NCBI GenBank assembly: GCA_907165135.1 | Contig: OU015567.1 | Span: 14,136,001-14,200,000, forward strand | Direction of reading: 5' to 3' | Length of the DNA stretch: 64,000 nucleotides | Origin: Oikopleura dioica | Lineage: Eukaryota; Animalia; Chordata | Shown: positions 1 to 10,107 of the stretch, piece by piece | How the letters are laid out: the number at the start of each line of letters is the position of its first letter | How positions within the stretch are numbered: the first letter of the stretch is position 1 | Translations under genes and position numbers: made by a program | The notes under the pieces: model-generated | Databases searched by the model: none | Told to the model about the DNA's origin: nothing | What the model saw: only the letters and a program-made list of their open reading frames with translations

Positions 1-91
1 ACCACTTGTTGACATCGTGTACGCCATAAATTGCAAAATCGCTTCTGCTCAAGTTGTAGCGCGTTTCCGCTCGTTTAAAGACCCGCTCCAT
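1..91 (-). CDS. 5' part of an orphan gene running off the left edge (MERVFKRAETRYNLSRSDFAIYGVHDVNKW...)
   Basis: ATG at 91 follows a pyrimidine-rich acceptor-like tttcaag; the frame stays open to base 1; co-oriented with the orphan block. Confidence 0.4.
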   Translation of the reverse strand, partial: MERVFKRAETRYNLSRSDFAIYGVHDVNKW

Positions 92-183
92 TTGCAGACT
101 CTTGAAATACAAATAATTTGGAGGTAAATTGTTTTCAAGTCCGTTTGTTGACCTTATTCGAGTATACGCGCTGTTTAGGCGGC

Positions 184-2148
184 TCAAGCAACGATCGCAC
201 CGATCTTTTTCCAATTCAGCGGCAGAGGTGGCGATTCCATTGGCCAAATAAAGACAGAGTTTTTGTATTCGTTGCAAATATGCGAACATGTCGTCTTGGT
301 CGGATAAAGTTTTGGACATGTTGGCGGACAATGTGTAACAAATCCCATGTAAGCCACCAAAAGTTTGTTAAGAAAACTCTTTATTTGACGTTGCTGATGG
401 CAGTGCAATTGAGCGCGCGATTTCAGATGAATGGCCATAACGCGAAATCTGTTAACGCGCTGGCGGTCGCTTTCCTTTTCTCCAAGAGCATACGTTTGTA
501 GCGTATCCATTTCATAAGAAGTGAATCGCAGGACTTGGCTCGCTCGCGCTTTCAAAATTTCAATAAATTGCTCAAAGGCCTTTCGCATTGAAAGCAACAA
601 ATGAAAATGCGCATTGGGCACCAAATCTTTGATGCAATAAAGTCGAAAGAGATCCTGGTTAAATTGCTTGGCGAGTGAAAGATTTTCCTCGTCGAAACAG
701 ACCTGACCAGTAGGGGCGACCGGCGGGCGAACAATATTGGTCGAATGCGGTTGAACACGGCTTTTGAGAGATTTTGCTCTTCCGCAGCGCCAATCCCCAA
801 GCATCATTGGCGGCAGCAACTTTGCCAATTCATGGCTTGATACGCAAGTCGACTCAAGCAGCGGACATTGCAAATAATACTTGGCCGTATGAGCCACAGA
901 TCGCCCAAGCAGAAGCAAATACGCAAACAAATCTGTTTTGTTAAACGATTCCGAATGAAGATGAAATGACGAGGCTTTGTAATTGTACGCTTTTGACTGG
1001 GTTGGAGAAAAGCGAAAATCAACTTCGCCCTCTTCAAATTTATAGCGAGGGAACAGAGGCGAATATTTTGGAGGACCTTTTGAGGCTGCTACATGCTCGT
1101 CTACTCTGTCCATAAATTCGCGATGGAGCCTTTTTCGCAACGGATTGTCAAGTTCCAGCGCTTTATCGCTATCGAAAAAAGACACTTTGTTTGTTTGTAT
1201 AAACTCTGCCGAAGTAAGCCGTATCGCTTCCTCTTCAGTTGTAGAAGGTTTACAATTTTTCCAGAGTCGATACGTAAGAGGTGTTCGAGCCGCTGCTGCA
1301 GCAGCATCTGCAGCATGTTTTTTGGCGATTATGTACGATTCGGTAGAAAATGCTGCCAGCAAGTTGCAAATTTCACGAGTAATGTCGATACCTCTATCCA
1401 TAGAAGGGGAACAACCATCTTTATAAAAGCATTGTGGCAAGGGAGCGTTTACGGGTCGCAAAAGATTTGAAACAATTGTTGTTCCGTCGCTCGCTGGAGA
1501 AAAACATGGATCCAAGAGCGCGTAATGAAATTCTAAAATTGCCAAAGCCCCGCTCGCCGTGCTCCATTTTACATTTCCAAGTAATTGATCAGGCGCCAAG
1601 TCGATACTTTTTTCCGATTGCATATTTCTCCACGCGTCAATTGTCTCGGCAGGCGTTTGATTTTGCTTAAAGAGCGCGGCGTATTGTGTTGATTCCAAAG
1701 TTTGTTGATCCGAAATCGTGAAAAATGGCGAATCTTCAAATGGGAGCAAAATTGGGCTTCCCGCGCCAGGATCGGCGGCAATTCTGTTCCGGATTTTGTT
1801 CCAATCGTCAGGAGTCGTGTCTTGAACCAACTTTTTACGCCAATCGGTATCGGCAGCACCAATGTCCGTAAATTGCATGGCGCAAGATGTAAAGAAGCCT
1901 TGTTTGTTTTTACACGCGGTGAAAATCGTTTCTTTGATTGCAGATTCAAAGGCGTAATCGTCTGTATTTGTATTGAAATCAAAGCGTCCAGTTACTAATC
2001 GCTCGTCGAGTTGTGGGGCATCGACCAGCGGTACTCTGAAAATAATGCTTGAAACCAAAAACAAGAATACGCAGTTTTACCGTTTTGAAGACTGTTTAAA
2101 AAGCGAATCAAGGCCTGGGAAAACACTGGCGGTATCTGTATGCGACAT
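184..2148 (-). CDS. Orphan gene A, ~640 aa globular protein with a C-terminal Cys/His cluster (CPPTCPKLYPTKTTCSHIC)
   Basis: 626-codon ORF 184-2064. A GT-AG intron at 2036-2080 joins the upstream frame (MSHTDT...QSSKR) in phase to VPLVDAPQ. No recognisable family. Confidence 0.75.
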
Positions 2149-3026
2149 TGTAGATCTCTGTCGCTGTCGAGATCCATAAATTGATGTTGGCGAGTTGAGA
2201 TAAGAGCATCTGCATAATTCTTGATCACTAGGATAATGAAGAGCATCAACAAGGCCGACAGGATCAGGGATATCCCCAATATCGAGCACATGTTCCGGCA
2301 AGTCGATCCCGGAAAAAATGTCCAAAGAGCTGTCCGAAGACGACGACGAGGAGGCGCTGGCAGGTCGTTTTCCTCGCAGTATTGAGCCTGATTTCGCAAG
2401 TGGGGGGATTGTGTACTCTCCGGTTCCGAGCAGACGGATTCGGGCTCGTAAATTTCGATCGATACGGTGTCGTGTTGTTGATTTAATCCTTGAGCTGAAG
2501 CAAACTCGTTGATGTCGCTTTTTTGAGGCGGCGTTGACTGTGTCGTTGACTGTGTCGTTGGCGTTGACTGTGTTGTTGGATTTGACTGGGTCGTTGGCGG
2601 TGTCGCTGGAACTGGCGGCGGTGTCACAGCAAGTGCCTTGTCCACAAAGTGATAACAGATTAGCAGGAACTTGTCGTCGTCGCTCATCATCGGATAAAGC
2701 AACGTCTCCGACTTTTTCTCCTTGTCGACATAAAAGACTGGAGTGCAACGAGTTGTTTCCACCACGTGTAGAGCTCTCTTCATAAACTTGAGATTGGCTT
2801 CCGCATTTTTGGTCGTCGTTGTCGTCGGGTTTTTTGACAACTCGTCTGTGATTATTCGCTGGATTCGCGTGGACAACAAACTCATTTCGTGAATAAATTC
2901 GGGCTTGATCGAGTTGGTGGTGGTGGTGGTGGGCAAAGGTTGATCGAGCCGAGAGAATCGAGTTTGATAATTGCTTGCCAGAGCCTTGTTCAGCATGCGT
3001 CTTTTCGTCGACCCCACAAGTTCCAT
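1995..3026 (-). CDS. Orphan gene B, single-pass membrane protein with Thr/Pro-rich repeats (PTTQS) and a C-proximal TM helix
   Basis: 343-codon ORF; hydrophobic ILGISLILSALLMLFIILVI; own TATA (3139-3145) and Inr (~3114); its 3' end overlaps gene A. Confidence 0.7.
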   Translation of the reverse strand: MELVGSTKRRMLNKALASNYQTRFSRLDQPLPTTTTTNSIKPEFIHEMSLLSTRIQRIITDELSKNPTTTTTKNAEANLKFMKRALHVVETTRCTPVFYVDKEKKSETLLYPMMSDDDKFLLICYHFVDKALAVTPPPVPATPPTTQSNPTTQSTPTTQSTTQSTPPQKSDINEFASAQGLNQQHDTVSIEIYEPESVCSEPESTQSPHLRNQAQYCEENDLPAPPRRRLRTALWTFFPGSTCRNMCSILGISLILSALLMLFIILVIKNYADALISTRQHQFMDLDSDRDLQCRIQIPPVFSQALIRFLNSLQNGKTAYSCFWFQALFSEYRWSMPHNSTSD

Positions 3027-3217
3027 CTCTACAACTTTCTTGCGGCTTTTTAATCATAAAAACTACAACAATATCATTTGTAAAAGTTGGTTTTTTTTAT
3101 TAAAATGAGTGAGTGAACATTCCTAAAGTAAGTCCGAGTTTTATATGACCAGAGCACCGGCGGCGAGAGCGAGGGAGTAAGTGAGTGAGTGAACAGAGAG
3201 AGCAATATCTAAACAGT

Positions 3218-4119
3218 TTACTTTTTAGAAAGGATGCGTGCGGATCGTCGTGGTTTGAAATCAGCAGGAGTAGTTCGGCGAGCGCTAGAAAAAGAAATTA
3301 GTTGTTTGAACAACAATTTACAAATTACCGTTTTTTCTTTGGTTTAGGTTGCTCCTCGCTTGATTCTGTAACATCGGTCAAAGTTGACCCGGTAGTCGTA
3401 GTGGAAGAAGAAAAGAGCGAAGAGGACGTTTCCGAGCCAAATCCGCTGCTGCTATTCGTTGTAATAGTTTCACTCACAGAGACGACATCTACAAGTTCTT
3501 CGTCGCTTGGCTCAGGCGTGCAGCTAGAAAGGAGGCGAGTTCCAACTACGGCGTGGTGTCGATTGCCGCATTCATCAATAAAGAGCACAGATTCGCCACC
3601 TGCTTCTTGTGGTTCCGATTTTGTTTCCACTTTTTCTTTTTTCGGTATGAATTCGTCTTCCGGCTCTTCTTTTGGCTCCATTTTTGGCTCTTCTTTGGGC
3701 TCTGTTTTTCCGCCTGGTGGTGGCGGCGGTGGCGGGGGCGACGCTGATTCGACTTTGACGAGGATTTTTGCGCTGAGGGCTTGTCCACGACCAAAGTAAT
3801 TGTCAGACTGTTTGTCCTCGTCTTCGTCGTCGTCTGAGAATTCGAGCAGTTTTGTAGACATGAATCGCGGTCTCGACTCAAAACTTGGGAAACAAATGAG
3901 CACAAAGAGAATTTTCAAGAAAATTACCATTGTGCGAATCCTTGGGGAGTTTTGTGACCAAAGAAACCGTCTCTGGCTGCACCGTCCTCTTGGTCATTGG
4001 CGACAGGTTGTTCCATGTACTCTGAAGTCAAATCTTGAAAAAGTGGCACAAAAGGCATTTTTCTTACTTTTGTCGCTCTGTCTCACCGCTGGCGCAAATG
4101 TTGTGAGTGCGACGCCCAT
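3218..4119 (-). CDS. Orphan gene C, acidic Ser/Thr/Pro-rich protein with a basic C-terminus (KPKKKRARR...KPRRSARILSKK), probably nuclear
   Basis: Three short GT-AG introns, reconstructed by eye, keep the frame from ATG 4119 through ORF 3325-3930 to TAA 3218-3220. Confidence 0.65.
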
Positions 4120-4159
4120 CTTCTAGAAATAATGCTCAAATTCACCTTCAAGCGCAATC

Positions 4160-4417
4160 TTACGCGCAGCTCAATAGTACCTCTGGTGGTTGAACTTGAT
4201 TATCGGCGGGCATCTCAGGCAACGGTGGCGGCGGCGGCTGCAAAGCTTTCCTGAGCTGAGCCTTTTTACGAAAATAGGTCCCCATTGGACTTGCGGTGCC
4301 ACAACGATCGGCTAAACGGCGACGATGTTGTTCGCCCGAGTCGAGCACCACTCTTGACGGCGTCGGTGCATTTGTCAACTTGGAGAGCTTGTACGACGTC
4401 TTGAGCTGCCGATTCAT
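4160..4417 (-). CDS. Orphan gene D, small basic Pro-rich protein
   Basis: 85-codon ORF preceded by an in-frame acceptor (tttcag at ~4451). Confidence 0.5.
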   Translation of the reverse strand: MNRQLKTSYKLSKLTNAPTPSRVVLDSGEQHRRRLADRCGTASPMGTYFRKKAQLRKALQPPPPPLPEMPADNQVQPPEVLLSCA

Positions 4418-4527
4418 CTGCGCCTTGAGCTTGACAAACCCTGGCGAGTCCTGAAATTCAAATTATTTCTTGACAAAAAATTTCCAAATAGGAGAATTTG
4501 CGAAAACGGTGTCCGTCACAAGGTTGC

Positions 4528-4762
4528 GAAAAATTTTTGATCCCCAAAGGGGATCAAAATTTTCTGAGCTGGGCTCCCTTTGGGAGCCCCTGGGGCGCGC
4601 GCTCGATTTCGTGGTTCACTCGAACCTGCGCATGCGCAGGTTCGTCGTTCACAGGGCCTGCCGCTTCGCGGCAGGCAATGTTGTCTTTTTTGCTCTTTCT
4701 TAAATTGCCCTTTTTTAAATTGTCATTTTTTTTTAATTGTCATTTTTTTTAAAAAACTGTCA
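4528..4762. other. Intergenic cluster of four GC-rich hairpins/palindromes followed by an AT-rich tract (candidate origin or cis-element)
   Basis: Stems 4535-4559 (11 bp, AAA loop), 4571-4589 (8 bp, TTT loop), 4621-4644 (perfect 24-bp palindrome) and 4656-4676 (9 bp, TTC loop); T-rich aattgtca repeats at 4701-4762. Confidence 0.85.
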
Positions 4763-4817
4763 TCAATCGACTATTATAATTTATTTGATCGAAATGTGAG
4801 ATGGTAGAAGGAAAGGA

Positions 4818-5171
4818 TTAATGGCGTCTGGTGGATCTTTTGTATCGCAGAGAGTAGGACTTTCGAATTGTTGCATACTTGATCGTCTCGTCTGAAAATT
4901 GAGAATAAAGGTCAGCCGGTTCCTCCTTTGTCATCAGTGCGGCAAGTCCGACAATTTTCGGATAGGGTGGTGGCGGGCAATGGAGGACCGATGAAACGGA
5001 TGCGGCAGTCAAGGATGATGGCGATGATGCTGGGTTGACATTGACAGAAGCTCGGTCGTTGATTTCAGAAATTGGGTATTGGTAAGTGACAAAACGTCTT
5101 TTGAAAAACTTTTGGACCGCTCTGACAATGTTTTTTTTCTTGGGCGAAATTTGCTCAATATTCAAAATCAT
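4818..5171 (-). CDS. Orphan gene E, 117 aa basic protein containing PPPPY
   Basis: ORF with TATATAA at 5211-5217 and a TCAGT Inr at 5186-5190 just upstream of the ATG. Confidence 0.65.
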   Translation of the reverse strand: MILNIEQISPKKKNIVRAVQKFFKRRFVTYQYPISEINDRASVNVNPASSPSSLTAASVSSVLHCPPPPYPKIVGLAALMTKEEPADLYSQFSDETIKYATIRKSYSLRYKRSTRRH

Positions 5172-5387
5172 ATTGTAAAGTGTATACTGAAAAAGGGTTC
5201 AATGTCAAAGTTATATATCTTAGAAGAGGGCGCCAATCTAACAGCGCCCCTTTTTTTACAGCACGCGACATAAAGCTACTTCCGCCTTTATCAGTATACA
5301 CTTGAAAGCGGCGTTTATTACCCTAACACCCCTCACAAATCGATCAAACAAATTGTGTGTGAGGATCTCTAATCACGTGACAGAATC

Positions 5388-6791
5388 TTAAACCGGACAT
5401 TGCGCTTCCGCAGACCGGAAGCTGTTCTCGACTAAAAATCCCAGTGCATCTTTTACCTCTGTCTCGCTGTCGGAATTTTCCACAATCGTGGCTAGCTGGG
5501 TCTTCTTCTGGGATGGAATTTTGGGCTTTTCAAGCTCCGGCGCAGTTTCCTCATCATCCGACGAGGAGGAAGAACATCGAAGCAATTTGTGCACAGGAGG
5601 GAGAGGCTCGCCAAAATCTTCCAGAGTCACATTTTCGATCTTGACATTGTCGTCAAGAGATACCTGCTGAAAGCGGCTTTCATCTTCGCTGCTACTGTAA
5701 TAAACCATTGGCTCAGGGGGGAGTTTACGTGCGGCGTCACTTGACGGCGGCTCCGATTTTAGATCACTTTTATCTTGTTGCGGCGGCGGCGGCGGCGGTG
5801 ACTGTTTTTCGCACTCGACACATTCGTCAGGATCATCTATTGGCGTTTCTTGGTACTTGTGATCGCCGCCGTTTGGAGCAGTTGAAGCCTTGGTTCGAAA
5901 AGGCGATAAAAAACGCTCTGAAAACGAACTAGAACGAGAAGCGTTTTGGCGCTTGTCGTAATCGTCCTCATCATCGGAATTGTTTCGATAGCGACGAGCA
6001 GGGCGAAAAGGCGCACATTGAACATTTTCAACGCGTGAATTTGTTTCTGGTTCTTGTTGTTGAGCTGCTTGTTGTTGTTGTTGTTGAGCTGCTTGTTGTT
6101 GAGCTGCCAGTTGTTGTCTGTGACGATAAATTGCAGCATCTTCTTCAGCCTGACGACGCAAGACTTGCTGGCGATGAAAATTGATCCAATCTGCTTGCTG
6201 TCGTATACGTTGTTGTCGCGCAATTTCAGCGCGTCTGGCCTTTTCCTTGTAAATGCGCACTTCTTGAGCGTTTCGGGCTTGATGTTTTTCATAATACCCT
6301 TTTTCTTGGCAGCGTGACGAGTATTTTTCCGTTCTAAATTTTGTGTAAACACGCAAGTTTTTAGGCAATAACGTACTAGAATAGGGGCTTGAAGCAAAGG
6401 TCCCTTCGTAAATGGTTGAACCACTTCCGTAGCGGCTGCTGTTTCGATCAAAATTGAGCGCCTCGCGTAAACCAGGATCAGTCTTTTTACCTTTGACGCA
6501 AGCAAAGCAACAGCACAGATTATGACGCCGCTTTTCTTGAATTGTTTTCCAAGATACTTTTTTCTTTTCGCACATATTACTTGCAGCAAAACGAATCAAG
6601 TCGAATGGAAAGAAGACCACATCAAAGACAAGGTCACGAAAATCGATCAGCAAAAGGAGGAGAATCTTTGAGCAGCTTTCATTCGTGTTCCGGTACTTGA
6701 CAATACAAGCAGGCAAGCAGCAGCAAATAACCATCAGCGCCATTGCCAAATATGCGGCCATCACCAGTATTTGTTTCCTAGAAATCGTCAA
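5388..6791 (-). CDS. Orphan gene F (3' part): hydrophobic segment with Cys clusters (VICCCLPAC, NLCCCFAC), Gln/Arg coiled coil and acidic Pro-rich tail
   Basis: 467-codon ORF; may be the downstream part of the mucin-like ORF at 6966-7400 via unresolved introns. Confidence 0.7.
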   Translation of the reverse strand: MTISRKQILVMAAYLAMALMVICCCLPACIVKYRNTNESCSKILLLLLIDFRDLVFDVVFFPFDLIRFAASNMCEKKKVSWKTIQEKRRHNLCCCFACVKGKKTDPGLREALNFDRNSSRYGSGSTIYEGTFASSPYSSTLLPKNLRVYTKFRTEKYSSRCQEKGYYEKHQARNAQEVRIYKEKARRAEIARQQRIRQQADWINFHRQQVLRRQAEEDAAIYRHRQQLAAQQQAAQQQQQQAAQQQEPETNSRVENVQCAPFRPARRYRNNSDDEDDYDKRQNASRSSSFSERFLSPFRTKASTAPNGGDHKYQETPIDDPDECVECEKQSPPPPPPQQDKSDLKSEPPSSDAARKLPPEPMVYYSSSEDESRFQQVSLDDNVKIENVTLEDFGEPLPPVHKLLRCSSSSSDDEETAPELEKPKIPSQKKTQLATIVENSDSETEVKDALGFLVENSFRSAEAQCPV

Positions 6792-6965
6792 TGGAATTTT
6801 ACTAATCCTAAAAGTTCAAACTTGGATGAAAAAATTGGAGTTGCAGGGTATCATTTTTTCATGCTATACTTGAAGCGCGGGGTGACAAAAACTTTAACGT
6901 AGCAGCTTGCAAAGTTCTAATGCTGATAGGATGAAATCAAAAGATGGGAAAAACTAAGCATACCA

Positions 6966-7400
6966 TTAAAAAAATGATACCATGCGCTCAAGTATACCCT
7001 GCGATTCCGACATACCATGAGCTCTTGATTTTTTCTTGCCAGTGGAATTTTCCATGCCGCTGGGATGAAACACAATTCGCGGAACCGGCGTTGAACTCGA
7101 ATAACCTCCAGATGTTGCAGTCGCATTTGAATTCAAAGAAATCGTTGAATTGATTCCCAGAAGCGCCTCAGAAAGAGTGGAAGTCGGTTCTTGCGTAGTA
7201 GACGCAGTTGTAGGCGCCGATATGGTCGGCGGTGGATTGTTTGTTGTTGTTGTTGGCACCGCGCAATGCGAGTGATCAGGATACACTGCACAAAACTCTT
7301 CATGGCTGTTGAACTCGTGAAGATCAGAATGCTCGTCGGCTGCAACTATTGACTGCGTTACAAAAACAGCGGCCACCGCTGCCGCCGCCGCCACCATCAT
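6966..7400 (-). CDS. Signal peptide plus Thr/Ser/Pro-rich mucin-like ectodomain with N-glycosylation sequons
   Basis: MMVAAAAAVAAVFVTQSIVAA signal-like N-terminus; PTTTTNNPPPTISAPTTASTT; NST, NAT, NST sequons. Confidence 0.65.
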   Translation of the reverse strand: MMVAAAAAVAAVFVTQSIVAADEHSDLHEFNSHEEFCAVYPDHSHCAVPTTTTNNPPPTISAPTTASTTQEPTSTLSEALLGINSTISLNSNATATSGGYSSSTPVPRIVFHPSGMENSTGKKKSRAHGMSESQGILERMVSFF

Positions 7401-10060
7401 TTCGCAAACGGTCCGATTTCAACTAAAAGGGAAAAGGATGAAAATAGTTTTTCGGGGGCTGAACTTTTGAACATGTTGATAATGTTGACCTAAACGTGAG
7501 CGAGAGATAGAGATCCTGAGTGGTTTCCTAAAGGCAGATAGGTACAATTTAAAAGCAAAAGTGTCCAGCATCAAATGGAGACTGAGGGTAGAACTCGTCA
7601 GTGATGTCGTTCTGAGGTCCACCAGCGTCGGCGGTGAAAGAGATGCGCGCGTTGCACTTGCGGCATTTTTTGATTTGGCGTTTGTCGCCCGCAGCAGCAG
7701 AAACAGAACTTTTTTGTTTTCGTGCTTCTCGGCTCGTACTTCGTCTGCAACTTCGTCTGGGCGTCGAATGCCGCGGCGGTGCGGTTTTTGGCGAGCAAGG
7801 GCCAAATCGTTGTTGATAAACGGCTGATCGCCGCCAAAATGGGTGGCCAACGACTCAGGCGGATCCATACCCACGACGTGTTGCAAGTCTGTACCTTGTG
7901 TGAGATCGCGACGAAGTCGCGAACGCGTCTCCCGAGCGTTTTCAAGCGCAGAGTCAATTACATTCGGGAAAATTTGACTTGCGTGTTGAGTGATTAGCGC
8001 CGAGGACAACTGTCGTTGAACTCCAAACTAGAAAACATGGGTTAATTTTCAATACATTTGAGTCTCTCTCCTACCAAGGACAGAAAATAAACGTCCTCTG
8101 TGGGAGCAGTCGTGCAGCTCGCAAACAAGATCATCTTGAGCGCTTCTTCAGTGGGGATGAAATCGTCGATGCGAGTAAACACTGGCGGCAGAGCCGATCG
8201 TAAGTATCCTAGGGCGGCGGCTATGGCTGCTTCGTCGTCGCCATTGTCATTCGGCAATTGCGCCTGATGACGGTGATGCTCTGGTGGTGCTTCAGCCTCG
8301 GCGCGATCTCGAAACACCATGTCCATCTTGTTTTGGATGGCGTTGAAACGCTCGGCGATAATGCGAGTAGCAGTTCGAGTTCCTTCGCCACCGCCAAACG
8401 GTCCAAGCAAATCGACTCTCATCGCTGACGGAATCGAACGCCAGATTCGCAGCTCGAGATTGTCATTCAGAGCCCCAATTTGCGCGTCACAAGGAGGTTG
8501 CATGATTGCACAGCTGAGCCCGACAAATTGGAAAAACTAAAAATATTGAATTATTTACAATTTCAGTTAAATTGCTTACCGAGTCCGAAATAAATTGTCG
8601 ACTGGCTTCTGCATAGGGCGGAGTCACTGTCAAAGGCACAAAGCCTGCGCACAGAAGCAATTGACTCTTGTAATGCGAGAAAGAAGTGGTGGCAGGTGTT
8701 GGCCAAGGATAAAACGTCTTGGCTTTGACGACGTTCAAGTAGCGCAGAACATTGGCAGGGTGTCCAAGCTGGCGTCGGCTGTTGATGTCGACAATTTGCC
8801 ACTTGTCGTCATATTTCACCTAAGCAATCACTTTTATTCAAAATTAAAAGTTTTAAAACTTACCCATAAATACAATTTATGGATGTAATAATGGCCAAAC
8901 GCGTCGATGGCAAAGTCGGCGTAGAAACTTCCAAGCGCTTTCCATTGAAGCTCTTCGCCTCTGAACTGGCCCGGAAATGTCCAATACATGTCGAGGGTCG
9001 TGTACACGTGATGGTTGTTGATGAGAGCAATGTGCTCTTCTACGGCCTCGCCGACGTCTGCTCCAGCCGCTTCGCAAATCATCGCCAATTTTTGAAGAAA
9101 AGCTCCAAAGTAGCCGTCTGCCAAAGACGGTCGAAGGCCATTGCGCGTATCGTACGCAATAGCGAAAATTCCGCGCAATTGGTGGCGATTCAAAAGCCAC
9201 GAGGGACCTTCCAAAGCTGTCGTGTCTTCCAGCGGGTTCCGAAAATGCCCTCGGCCCATTGCCCGGAAACCGATGGGCGACGATGTTGCTCCAGGCCCTC
9301 GAATCGAGTTGAGCGGCTCCACAGATGCCGGCATATAAGCGTGGATGGAATCGTGCGGTTGTTCTCGATTCCAATTGAGCAAAAACGGCATTTGAGCCTT
9401 GCCCAATTTAACGGGTTTTTGCGGATGTTCGATGCCAGGCTCGCGGGGCGGCTGAACCACAGTTTCCTGGGGATACTTGGGCGTAGAGCGCCAGTCTTTT
9501 TCTCGGCGACGTTGAAGATCAGGGCTTGAGCGCTGTTGCCCGCTGCGGCGGCGTACTGGAGAACGACCTCTTTTCTGGCTCAAGTTTCGCGGCGGAACAA
9601 TCGTCGGCCGCTGCTGATTCATGGAAGTCTCGCACGATTGTCGCATAGCCGCTTCATAAGACGGACACGGAGACTCGCGACCGCGCTTGCTCTCTGCGCG
9701 CACTCGCCGTCGATCGACCTCGTTTGCCAACTCGACGTCCGATCCAGAAACATGCAGACTTGTGCCAAAACGCTCGGCGACCTGATCTGCGTCTTCGCCG
9801 TCGTCGTAAAAGTTGTTTCCGCGGCGCTCAATGGATCGTTGAAGCCCGTTGCCGCTCTTCTTCCGAGCCGCCGACGCTGCCCTATCACGCGACTTTTTAT
9901 CATCAATGAGCTTCTGAATCGCGTCAGGAGTGACCAACTTCTTTTGCTCAGAATCGGGCTGTCGCGGCTGCGATTTTCGTCGAGTGCTCATCGGAAGATC
10001 GTCAAATTGAATGCGCTCAGCGCTGCGGCGGCGAGTAGAGCGGTCGTTGTTGTTGTTGTC
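7397..10060 (-). CDS. Orphan gene G, large spliced protein (~800 aa) with an Arg/Ser-rich disordered N-region and a globular C-region
   Basis: ORFs 8834-10072, 8487-8819, 8042-8503 and 7419-8009 join in phase across three phase-0 GT-AG introns (LYLW|VKYD, ISDS|FFQF, FLSL|FGVQ); a last intron gives VEIGPFAK-TGA at 7397-7399. Confidence 0.7.
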
Positions 10061-10107
10061 TAAGGGGTACAAAATAACTCTTGATAAAACATTTGCTTAA
10101 TCGAGAT

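Noticed and set aside
8879-10063. Plus-strand ORFs of 216 and 175 aa (also 1093-1470, 3302-3799, 12231-12677)
   Set aside because: Antisense shadows of GC-rich minus-strand coding sequence, lacking promoter or splice support.
184-10072. Assigning specific herpesvirus orthologs (UL25, UL47, ICP27, primase) to genes A or G
   Set aside because: Only size and compositional resemblance; no diagnostic motif recognised.
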